Below are positions 22,361-32,744 of a stretch of 33,693 nucleotides of DNA, one piece after another (position 1 is the stretch's first letter; each line of letters starts with the position of its first letter). A model generated the notes under the pieces. It worked only from the letters and a program-made list of their open reading frames with translations. It did no database searches and was not told where the DNA came from. Location of the stretch: contig NC_068983.1 of the NCBI RefSeq assembly GCF_001194135.2, positions 106,424,768 through 106,458,460 of the forward strand, read 5' to 3'. The position numbers were made by a program, and so were the translations under genes. The DNA is from Octopus bimaculoides (lineage: Eukaryota).

Positions 22361-22468
22361 CTTTTACAAAATACTTTGAATATCATAGTACTGCTCCCCC
22401 CCCCTTCTCTCTCCCCCCTCTCTCTCCACACCACACACACACCAGTGTTGGGGGACACACATGCCAGT

Positions 22469-22502
<34 letters not shown>

Positions 22503-22779
22503 ACATGGACACATGTACATGCATAAGTGTACATGTGCACACACATGCATACAATGAAAACGTTTTTATTTTTAGACTCCTTCTCAAGCATTTTCCAATT
22601 TCTTTAAATTTGAATCATTATTTATTATTTATTTATATTTACTATTTACTATTACCATTTTTAACATTAAATGTATGGTGCTAAATGTACTAACCAGTAA
22701 GTAATTGGGATCTAATGTTGAATATCAGTTATTTACATTATAATGTTTTCTTTATTTACTACTAAGGGTTCACAAAAAG

Positions 22780-24170
22780 AAGAAAAAAACATTGGGAATG
22801 GTACAGAACAATACAATGAGCTGCTACATAAATAGAAATAGTAAACAATAAAAGCAATAATATAAATTCTAACAATGAAAAATTCCCCAAAAGAGGGAGA
22901 CTTCCTAGGGCTGCTTGTGGAAACCACACATAGACCATGGTTGCTTGGAGTTATAGGGAAAGTGCTTTCCTCACACCATCTTCCTTCTACCTACAAGCAC
23001 ATATTTAGAGTAGGCTCATTCACTTGGACTATTCTTGCCACATTCACCCAGTTTTCAATAAAATTGCTGGGAGGTAGGACTTTCCTTTCTACCCTCATCT
23101 GTTTCAAACTTGAAAAAATTGATGAAGGCTTGACCAAAGAGGAAAGTATCTGTATTCAGTTCTTTCAATCTGGTCCACCTTTTGCCAAGGCCACCAAACA
23201 AATAAATACTGCCTGCCCTTCCTGGCCAAAGGAAGGTGGTGGGATGATCTTCACAGTGGATAGCCAGATTCATTCTACACATGACAGCAGGTGTTTGATA
23301 TAAACCCACAAGTCTGCAATGCTCAGGCATTGGACAACAGAGTGCAGAACAGTCTTGTGCTGCATACATCTTGGGCAAGCCTGGCTGACTGCACTTTCAT
23401 ACCTGTAGAGTTTATCCTGAACCAGCAATGCTCCCAAGTAGCACTGCCAAGCCAGAGATTTCTGGAAACTATCCATGGACTCTGGCCTGAAAGTCCTCTG
23501 GAAAAGACCAGCCAGTTGATTCTTGTCAACATCCAGAGTCTCCCTGAGAATGTCATAGCACTTACCCACCACTAACCCTCTATAAAATGCCAAAGTGGAA
23601 CTTCCACTTACTGCATTGCTCACTGACAGAGGACTGTGATTGCCTGATGGCACTCTAGGTGCCAGGCACCCTGCCTCAGTCTCTGCTTGATGAAGGACTA
23701 CAGCTCAGTCAAAGAAATAATCTGTGGAAGAATGAGTCTGACAAACAGTGACTGCACCTACTCACTGTCAAGGAATAGCTGGAGATGTTGCAGCCTCAGC
23801 ACATGCCTGTGCATCAGTAGCCATGTCATCCTCAGTCCTCCATTCAATAGGTGTTAGCAACAAATAAAGTGTCTGACCAGTAGAACACATCACTTCCACA
23901 GAAAGCAAAAGGGTATGCAATCCAGCTGGGTCACATGTAAACTGGGGCAGGGCATGACAGCCGGGCAGTAATATATGATGGAAGTGATGTATGCATTCAC
24001 CACCCTACCCAACCTTTCAGAGACACCTTTCTCTCAGCCAGTTTCTGGGCAAGATTGGTCACATGCTCATCAATTCATCCCAGTTTTTCTCCACCTGGAG
24101 ATTCAGATCAAACTCCAACCCTAAGTGGTTGAACTGGTCTCTTTGTCCAGTGCCCCACGACATAATTGCT
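22780..24170 (-). mobile_element. Tx1/L1-type LINE 3' fragment (post-RT region, CCHC motif, 3' UTR)
   Basis: ORF 23270-23653 MDSFQKSLAWQCYLGALLVQDKLYR..ACPRCMQHKTVLHSVVQC..LWVYI, typical of the L1/Tx1 ORF2 C-terminus. Confidence 0.75.
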
Positions 24171-24224
24171 AGTGTATTATACAAAAGTTAATAAAATATA
24201 GTTCTAATATTTTCCACTTTTTAC

Positions 24225-24299
24225 TTGCATTTCTTTGAAATAATGGAAACACTTTTCCTTTCCACATAATTGGGAATGTTCTCATGCAACAACTAGTCA
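24225..24299 (-). CDS. Candidate host-gene exon (frame uncertain; VTSCCMRTFPIMWKGKVFPLFQRNA in phase 1-1)
   Basis: Acceptor tttaatcaatgtttgtag|, donor gcaa|gtaaaa; 75 nt. Confidence 0.35.
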
Positions 24300-24709
24300 C
24301 TACAAACATTGATTAAAGCAGTAGGGAACAGAAAATGAACAAGAAATCCTTTGAGAGCCCATCCAGTCCCAGCAACATGCATTTTAAGCAATGTTCTAGA
24401 ATATCTGATATTTCAGTCTCTGGGTGGGCTATCAACACAATTCATTTTTACTACTAAGTGTCATAGCTAGCAATCAAAACATGCTTTAGTGTCCACTAGC
24501 TGAGGCTAAAAAAGGGCATACACAGAAGGAGGGTTGTGTGAGTGCAATGAAGATAGGGTGGCTGGAAAAGGATTGTCCTAGAATGCTCAGTTGTGTACAT
24601 GTAGAGTTGTATGTTTAGAAGTATGTCTCAGAGAGATGTCTGATGGGGAGATACTTTGGGTTGATACAGCTCGTGGTTGGAACTGGATAATTAACTACCG
24701 GTTTGTTAC

Positions 24710-24767
24710 CTTGCAGTGTTTTTATTTCAACTCCCTCTCCCGATGTGATAAAAGCAGTGGGAAATAA
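24710..24767 (-). CDS. Candidate host-gene exon (LFPTAFITSGEGVEIKTLQ)
   Basis: Acceptor aatgcaatgcag|, donor caag|gtaaca; 58 nt, only one open frame (phase 0 to 1). Confidence 0.4.
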
Positions 24768-24796
24768 CTGCATTGCATTATAATGTAAATCCTTTC

Positions 24797-25056
24797 TAAT
24801 ATAGGCACAAGCCAGAAATTTGGTGGGGAAAGGGGCTAGTCAATTATATTGACCCCAGTGCTCAACTGTACCTATTTTATCGACCTCAAAAGTCAACCTT
24901 GTCACACTCTGTGTCATGCTGAATTTCCCCAAGAACTAGATTAAGGGTACACATGTCTGTGGAGTGCTGAGCCACTTGCATGTTAATTTCACGAGCAGGC
25001 TGTTCCGTTGATCAGATCAACTGGAACCCTCACCATCATAACCAACAGAGTGCCAC
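24797..25056. mobile_element. Chimera of SINE C 3' part (minus) and SINE B 3' part (plus)
   Basis: The C sequence runs to aaagtcaacctt and continues directly as B gtcacactctgtgtc. Confidence 0.7.
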
Positions 25057-25059
25057 AAT

Positions 25060-25335
25060 ATCATCATCATCATCATCATCATCATCGTCGTTTAACGTCC
25101 GCTTTCCATGCTAGCATGGGTTGGACGGTTTGACTGAGGACTGGCAAGCCAGAAGGCTGCACCAGGCTCCAATCTGATCTGGCAGAGTTTCTACAGCTGG
25201 ATGCCCTTCCTAACGCCAACCACTCTGAGAGTGTAGTGGGTGCTTTTACATGCCACCGGCATGAGGGCCAGTCACGCGGTACTGGCAATGGTCATGCTCA
25301 AAAAGGTGTTTTTTACGTGCCACCTGTACAGGAGC
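25060..25335 (-). mobile_element. Well-preserved RTE-type LINE 3' UTR with (GAT)n tail
   Basis: (cat)n cgtttaacgtccgctttccatgctagcatgggttggacgg..gatgcccttcctaacgccaacc; same UTR as the ORF-bearing copy at 4330-4800. Confidence 0.85.
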
Positions 25336-25666
25336 ATATATATATAATCATTATCGAGCTAGAAAACAGAGAAATCTAATGGATACAAATTAATTTATTA
25401 ATTAATTAATATATTCATCTACAATTGTTTCATTTCACAGACAAAATTAAAATTACAAAATATATAAATATATAATTTTGCATTTTAAATGCCTTGAATG
25501 GAAAATCATCAAGGTGTACAAAGGACAATAGAAGGATTGCATTTAGATACGTTTGGAATACTCAGAATAGAATATATAGACATGTTTATTATGTGTGTAT
25601 GTATATGTGTGCACGCACGCACGCATGTACACACGCACACATATACACACAAATATATATAAATAA

Positions 25667-25697
<31 letters not shown>

Positions 25698-25791
25698 NNN
25701 NNNNNNNNNNNNNNNNNNNNNNNNNNNNNNNNNNNNNNNNNNNNNNNNNNNNNNNNNNNNNNNNNNNNNNNNNNNNNNNNNNNNNNNNNNN
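25698..25791. other. Assembly gap (94 N)
   Basis: N run. Confidence 1.
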
Positions 25792-25854
25792 TATATATAC
25801 CTTCTCTCACTCTCTGGGAGAGAGGCACAAGCACATACACAGACATATACACAT

Positions 25855-26225
25855 ACGGCAGTAACTTCCACCTGCCAAATTCAATCACAAAGCTTCGGTC
25901 GGCTCAGGGCTATAGCAGCAGAAGACACTTGCCCAAGGTGCCACGTGGTGGGACTGAACCCGAAACCATGTAGCTGGGAAGCAAGCTTCAAATAATGTAT
26001 ATATCTTTCTGTGTGTGACTTTGTGTCTGTGTTTGTCCCTCACCACTACTTGACAACTGGTGTTGGTTTGTTTATGTCCCAGTTTGGTGTAAAAGGCCAC
26101 TAGAATAAGTACCAGGCTTAAAATATAAGTATTGGGGTCAATCTGTTCAACTAAAATGCTTCAAGGTGGTGCCCCAGCATGGCCACAGTCGAATGACTGA
26201 AATAAGTAAAAGATAAAAGATAAAA
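25855..26225. mobile_element. SINE family A-related copy with 5' half on minus and 3' half on plus
   Basis: 25855-25990 reads like 5870-5990 (minus); 26000-26225 (gtttgtccc..ggtgccccagcatggccacagtc..aagtaaaagataaaaga) is the tail on plus. Confidence 0.7.
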
Positions 26226-26566
26226 AATACATGTTACATATGTAATTATTAAATTCAAATCTTAATTTTTTTTTCATATCAAAATTAGTTACTGGTGAGA
26301 TTTTATGGGCCACAAATTTTCATTGAATTTTTTTTCTTACTATTTGATCTTTTTACTTGGGCCACTGTTAGTCACTTTAAGGTTCAGTTCTTCTGTTTGT
26401 CTATAAACAGAATATGTAGAGTCACTGTTTGCCAAGTATATATATATAAAAATAAAGAGAATAACTAATATTCAACAACTGCAGTGGAATTGTATCAATG
26501 AGCAAGTCACAATGTGAAGAAAAAATTAAAAATGTTTAACCCATAAAGAAATAAATGAAAGATTAA

Positions 26567-27142
26567 TATTCTTTTCTACTCTAGGCTCAAGGCCTGAAAG
26601 TTTTGTGGAGGGGGGGGGGCAGTTGATTAGATTGACCCCAGTTCGTGACTGGTACTTAATTAATTTATCGATCCTGAAAAGATGAAAGACAAAGTTAACC
26701 TGGACAGAATTTGTACTCAGAACGTAAAAACATTTTGCCCAGTGTGCTAACATTTCTGCCAGCTCGCCGCCATCATGGAAGATAAATATTCTTTTCTACT
26801 CTAGGCACAAGGCCCGAAATTTTTGGGGAAGGGGCCAGTCGATTAGACCAATATATTCTTTTCTACTCTAGGCACAAGGGGCCCGAAATTTTTGGGGTGG
26901 GGGCAATCAATTAGATCGATATATTCCTTTTTACTCTAGGCACAAGGCCCAAAATTTTTGAGGAGGGTAGGGGCAGTCAATTAGATTGACCCCAGTATGC
27001 AACTGGTACTTAATTTATTGACCCTGAAAGGATGAAAAGCAAAGTCGACCTTGGCAGAATTTGAACTTAGAATGTAAAGACAAACGAAATACTGCTAAGC
27101 ATTTTGCCTGGCATGCTAATGTTTCTGCCAGTTCACTGCCTT
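26567..27142 (-). mobile_element. Cluster of SINE family C: two long copies and two ~65-bp 3' stubs
   Basis: atattcttttctactctaggcacaagg recurs near 26567, 26787, 26853 and 26921. Confidence 0.85.
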
Positions 27143-27392
27143 AAATGAAAGATAAATATCATTAGAGATTTTGTGTGTTCTTAAATGGCTAAGATGTCTC
27201 TTCTTCGATGAAATGGTTTCAGATCAAATCACTTACCAATCAAGAACAGCTCCTCAAATCAATTTTCCTACATTAAAATATGAACACTGTCATATATTTG
27301 CATAATAATGTATTCATCACTACTTCAGCATGTATGATGAAGTTCATGTTTTGTTGAGGAGGTCAGAATTAGTAGTAAACATATTTATAGTT

Positions 27393-27750
27393 AAACAATT
27401 GCAGTGTGGAAGGCGTTTATAAGCCATTTAAAAACACACAAAACCCAAAAACCATTAGAATTACTTCAGCATTTAAATTTGATTTGCCAAAATATTTTCG
27501 TTGCTTTGAGACCACGACCTGATCACTGACAAAATTCCGATGCAGCACGGAATTTTGTCAGTGATCAGGTCAGTCTCAAAGTGATGAAAATATTTTGGCA
27601 AATTAAATTTAAATGCTGAAGTGAATCTAACAGTATTTGTGTGTTTTTAAATGGCTTATAAACACCTTCCATGCTGCAATTGTTTTTGTTTCAGCACATG
27701 ATCTCAGATCAGGTCACTTGCTATGTAAGTACATCTCCGTAATATTTAAA
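27393..27750. mobile_element. Palindromic MITE/fold-back element
   Basis: Arms 27393-27539 and 27548-27685 are reverse complements around the loop atgcagca; a one-sided extension runs to about 27750. Related core at 33365-33432. Confidence 0.8.
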
Positions 27751-27837
27751 GTTATTTCCCAGATTTGCTAGAAAAATGAAAACATAGGCAATTGATTAAG
27801 TGTTTTTTTTTCACTTTCTACATGTTTATATCTAGTT

Positions 27838-28072
27838 AGTGAAGGTGCATGGCTTAGTGGTTAGAGTATTCAGCTCATGTTCATAAGGTCCTGTGTTCAA
27901 TTCCAGGTGATGTTTTGTGTCCTTCAGCAAGACACTTCATTTCTCTTTGCTTCAGTCCACTCAGCTGGCAAAAATGAGTTGTACCTGTATTTCAAAGAAC
28001 CAGCCTTGTTACAGTCTGTGTCACACTGAATCTTCCTGAGAATATGTTAAGGGTACATGCATCTAACGAGGC
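27838..28072 (+). mobile_element. SINE family B, 3'-truncated
   Basis: gaaggtgcatggcttagtggttagag..gtgtccttcagcaagacactt..ttaagggtacatg. Confidence 0.8.
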
Positions 28073-28089
28073 GTGTACATGCATCTAAT

Positions 28090-28699
28090 GAGGCAAGCTG
28101 GCAGGATCATTAGCACACCGGGTAAAATGCTTACTCTTTTACTCTTTTTCTTGTTTCAGTCTTTTTGACTGTGGCCATGCTGGAGCACCGCCTTTAGTCA
28201 AGCAAATCGACCCCAGGACTTATTCTTTGGAAGCCTAGTACTTATTCTATTGGTCTCTTTTGCTGAACCGCTAAGTTACGGGGATGTAAACACACCACCA
28301 TCGGTTGTCATGCGATGTTGGGGGAACAAACACAGACACACAAACACATAAATATATATATATATACATATATACGACGGGCTTCTTTCAGTTTCCGTCT
28401 ACCAAATCCACTCACAAGGCTTTGGTCGGCCCGAGGCTATAGTAGAAGACACTTGCCCAAGGTGCCACGCAGTGGGACTGAACCCAGAACTATGTGGTTG
28501 GTAAGCAAGCTACTTACCACACAGCCACTCCTACGCCTAGTGGAATTTTGTTTGTTTTTATGTTTTGAGTTCAAATGCTGCCAGGGTTGACTTTACCTTT
28601 CATCCTTTTGGGGTTGATAAAACAAGTATCAGCTGAGCACTGAGGTTAATCTAATCAATTTAGCCCCTCTCTAGAAATTGCTGGCCTTGTGCATCTAAT
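28090..28699 (+). mobile_element. SINE family C split by a family A insertion
   Basis: C head ends ..gtaaaatgctta at 28133 and resumes gtggaattttg.. at about 28540; tgcatctaat flanks both ends (28080 and 28690). Confidence 0.75.
28134..28538 (-). mobile_element. SINE family A, full length
   Basis: Near-identical to 5577-6018. Confidence 0.85.
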
Positions 28700-29193
28700 A
28701 TAACAACATTAACTTACATAATTGTGGTGACGTTAGTATATCTGTAGTCCAACATAATATAGCTATTTTATTCAATTTAACATTGTATAAAACCAACGAG
28801 GAATTTCTTGAAGGTTTTCATTATGTCATAAATAGGGGAGTTAGAGCATTTCCTGAGATTGTTAGATTGAAGTTATCTAGTGTAATTAAGAGGGTGTGGT
28901 TCAGTTAAATCACAGAGATTTGAGGGTGGGTATGGACAGGTAGACATCACAACATTATACCACAACAGCAGTGAAGATGAAAGAAGTCTACAGCACCCAC
29001 AGAAACACCTCCTCCATTTGTAAATACTGGTTTTCAGTTTCTTTCTTGCTTTGTTTGTTTGTTCATTTCTTTCTTTTCTTCTCATTTTGTTTGTTTGTTT
29101 CTCATTTTGTTTCTCTCTCTCACACACACTCTCTCTCTCTCTCTCTCTCTCTCCCAAACAAAAAATTACTGGTGCATCTCACATTGAAATTTA

Positions 29194-29225
29194 TGAGGGT
29201 GGGTTGAAAAGTTCATAAGCTGACT
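29194..29225 (+). mobile_element. Solo mariner TIR
   Basis: ta|tgagggtgggttgaaaagttcataag matches the TIRs at 30776 and 32000. Confidence 0.7.
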
Positions 29226-29277
29226 GTGATTAAAACGACAATGATGATGATGATGATGATGATGTTTTAGTTGTTTT

Positions 29278-29348
29278 TATGTTTTAGTACTGTATATAAT
29301 TAGTTAAGAAAGAGTTCCTTAACTGGTTATATACAGTACTAAAACATA
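29278..29348 (+). other. 71-nt hairpin (31-bp stem, 9-nt loop)
   Basis: tatgttttagtactgtatataattagttaag / cttaactggttatatacagtactaaaacata; all positions pair, two as T-G wobbles. Confidence 0.85.
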
Positions 29349-29429
29349 ATTTGTATCGAAAATTTATTGTTGTAAGCTATACTTTGGAAAGTTAATATTT
29401 CTGTAATCAAAATATGTATGTATGTATGT

Positions 29430-30650
29430 CATTATTCAGTTTATTTCAAGATTTCTTGCCAATAGAGAAAGAACCGGTTTCTAACCCAGATCCAAAGCTC
29501 CTTCATTAGAATTGCAACATCAACAACAGGGTATTTTTGTTTGTATGTATGTATGTATGTATGTATGTATGTGCAGATTTGTATGTTTTATGTATGTATT
29601 CTCATGCATATAGTTGCATATCTAGACATGCTCATATATATTCAAATGGTAAACTTCTGGAAAGTTTTATAGATTTTTATAGTTCCAGTGAAGGATTGGA
29701 TCTGTAGTCTTCGAATTAACTTTCTCCTTTCTGGTTTTCAGAAGCTTAATTTCTCAAGATCGGTATTTAGGCAAGGTGTTACATATCCCAGGGCCCCAAT
29801 AATTGCAGGTATAAACCTGAACTTGTAATCTGGATAGAGTAACTGCAGATTTCTCAATAGTTCAGCTTAGGTATTCTCTTTTTCACTGATCTTCATCTTT
29901 ATGTTAACATCTGCTGGGCAGCTAATTTCCACAACTGTACACAGTTTCTCTTCTTTATCCCAAATCAGGTCTGTTGTGCTTACATTTTATTGAGGTCTTC
30001 ACTGGTACATTCCACCAGTACTCCTTTTCATTATGAGTGGCTATGGCTTCTACCATACTGTGGGTTCTTATTTCTTTGTCCTCGGGGTTATCCTTCTGAC
30101 AGATTTCATTATAGAATGTCCTAGCTACAACATTATATCTCATTGGTAGATAATACGGTAATGACATTTTCAGACAACTGCTTATGATGTGGGTGATATC
30201 TTCAGTGTTAACTCCACAAAGTCTGCATCAGTTGTCACATTTTACTGCTTTTTCTGCATCTCAATCCCTTTTGTGCATCAGGTACTTGGTTGATATTTCC
30301 TGTTCCTGGATTGCAAACACATACCCTTCAAAGTGGGAGGTAGTAATCCGGCTATTGGTCCATGATAGACTGCTTTGATGATCAATGTTACTATCATCTC
30401 AGAGCTTTCTACTAACATATCCATGCATAGTTTTCTGCACATATAATCTCATCCTTTGATGATATGTTGCAGTAGAGTCATGCAACTTCTTTGGGCATAT
30501 ATTCTAGGTTATCAGACAAAGAATGTTGCTCAAAGAGCTGCCTTCCAAGTCTTATGATGTTATCAGCCTCATGTATGCAAAATTGGTCAATGGATGTACT
30601 TCAACACTTGGTGGTTAATAGATGTTACTGAAGGGATATGATACAACATT
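29430..30650 (-). mobile_element. R4/Dong-type non-LTR retrotransposon, 5'-truncated
   Basis: Minus strand EGYVFAIQEQEISTKYL..CRLCGVNTEDITHIISSC..EYWWNVPVKTSIKCKHNRPDL..; its 3' UTR shares ggagcttt..gttagaaacc with the copy ending at 3240. Confidence 0.85.
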
Positions 30651-30775
30651 CAAAAACATTATGTACGTGTGTGTTTATGTCTGTCTGTCTGTCTGTCTGT
30701 ATGTATGTATGTATGTATGTATGTGTGTGTGTGTGTGTATGTATGTATGCATCTTTGTGTATGCATGTATGTGTA

Positions 30776-31998
30776 TGAGGGTTGGCTGAAAAGTTCATAG
30801 GTTGACTAAGATGCTCTCAAAGAATGTAACCAAGTGAGGTTTATTTTTCAATGTAGTCCCCTATGGAGTCCACAAACATCAACAGTGCAATGCCTGAATC
30901 CCATTGATGAAAAAGCTTTCATCTTGTTGGTCAAAAAAAGTCAGCAGCAGCAGATATGATGTCATCATCACTGCAATACTAGTTCCCAGCCAAAAGTTTT
31001 GTTGGGGAACAGGTGATAGAGATGCTGATCAACCAGTTCAAATTCACAGTCATGTACAGCAGCCATTGAAACTAAGGACTTGTGTGCTGGAGCTCTGTCC
31101 TGATGTAACAAGATCCCTTTCATCAGTTTTCCTGGGCATTTGCTCTTAATAAACTTTCATAGCTGCCTTATCAAGTTGGTGTAGTACTCTCCATTAATAG
31201 TGTGGCTCTTTTGAATAGGGTCAATAAACACAATGCCTTTTGCATTCTAAAAACCTGAAGCCATCGCCTTCCCTACAGATCAAACGACCTTGGCCTTCTT
31301 TGGGGTAGGTGAGGAGGCGTGTCCACTACATGGATTGTCTCTTTGTCTCTAGTCCAAAGTGATGAAGCCAACTCTCATCCAAGGTTAGGAAACTTTCAAG
31401 GAAACCAGCTGGATCTGCCTCAAACAATGTCTAACTTTCCCAGGATGTGATCAGCCTGGTGCACTTTTGATCAGGTATCAAAAGAATTGGCACCCACCGA
31501 GCATAAACCTTCATCATGCCAAGTTCATTGTGCTGAATATTCTCAACTCACTCACAGGATTTGCTAATAGCATAGGCTATTTGATTTGTAGTCAGTCACC
31601 TGTCATCCATCACCGTGTGATGAACACAATCAATGTTTTCGTCAGTGGTGGCTATTGCAGGACGTCCAGACCTTGGATCATCTTCAAGATCCTCCCTTCC
31701 CTTCTTAAATTCAGCTGCCCACCTTTGCCTTGTTGATAAAACTGGAATGTCATCCCCTAACATAGCAACCATGCCAACACCAATGTCCATTTTTCTCCAA
31801 GTACTTCATAACACCATGATGCCAAATTGTGTTCAATTTCAAGAGAAGTCGCTACTATTTACTTTTGAAACTTTTTTAAACAGTGAGATGTCAGTTTACC
31901 CAGAAAGAAACGATAAAATTTGAAATTATTGCATGCAAGACTTCACAACTCTGGCATCACTCCTTCATAGTCATCCTATGAACTTTTCAGCCCACCCT

Positions 31999-32000
<2 letters not shown>
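30776..32000 (-). mobile_element. Full-length defective mariner transposon
   Basis: TA TSD at 30774-75 and 32001-02; TIR tgagggttggctgaaaagttcatagg / cctatgaacttttcagcccaccctta; ORF 31596-31790 QRWAAEFKKGREDLEDDPRSGRP (mariner HTH); the rest is frameshifted. Confidence 0.9.
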
Positions 32001-32030
<30 letters not shown>

Positions 32031-32275
32031 TGTATGTATGTATGTATGTATGTATGTGTGTGTATGTACGTACGTATGTATGTATGTACGTATGTATGTA
32101 TGTGTGTGTGTGAGTGTATGTGTGTGTATCTATGCATGCGTGCGTGTATGTATGTATATATGCATGTGTGTGTGTGTCTATGTATGAATGTGTTTATGTA
32201 CGAGTTTATGTATGTATATAAGTATGTATTATGTGTGTATATATATGTGTGTTCGTGTATGTATGAATGCATCTG
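32001..32275. repeat. Compound (TATG)n/(TG)n microsatellite
   Basis: Direct reading. Confidence 0.95.
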
Positions 32276-32388
32276 TCCATCGAGTGAACGTTCTATCTTC
32301 CGAAATATCATCATCATCATCATCGCTTATTTATCTAAGCGAAAAAGGCACCTCAAATTCGTATCTTAAATCACCATATAAAATTTAC

Positions 32389-32411
32389 CGTTTGATCTCT
32401 GTATTCCCCAT
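32389..32411 (-). CDS. Candidate first coding exon of the minus-strand host gene (MGNTEIK[R])
   Basis: Acceptor gagcttttttttcag| at 32417, exon ctttcATGGGGAATACAGAGATCAAACG, donor |gtaaat at 32388; the surrounding sequence has visibly more CpG than the rest of the unique DNA. Confidence 0.45.
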
Positions 32412-32744
32412 GAAAGCTGAAAAAAAAGCTCGTTTTCTTTTTTCAAATCTATTTCAAGAAATGATTATTTAAAAGATCGTTAATTCAACACAAAAGCTAA
32501 ATATATTTTAGTTCAGCTGTTCAATTTATGTTAAGTGTGACTTCTACGGCGTGATAAAAATTTCTTAAGAGCTATAACTCACAACAGTGATCAGTTTTTT
32601 GAAAAAGAATTCGGGTAATTCCATTTCAGTTCCCTCCCAGGAGAACATCATTCTAAATGCAAAGGGAAACAACTCCTTACTTTTTTTTCGAAGTTCATTT
32701 TAAAGTAAGGGAAAAGTTGAGGAGTAAATATTTGTCTTTTGTCT

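Noticed and set aside
27229-27259. Minus-strand exon with strong donor g|gtaagt
   Set aside because: Stop codons in all three frames; could only be non-coding.
28717-28740. 24-nt minus-strand microexon (YTNVTTI), phase-compatible with the start exon; also the 12-nt segment near 21991-22002
   Set aside because: Too short to distinguish from chance without transcript data.
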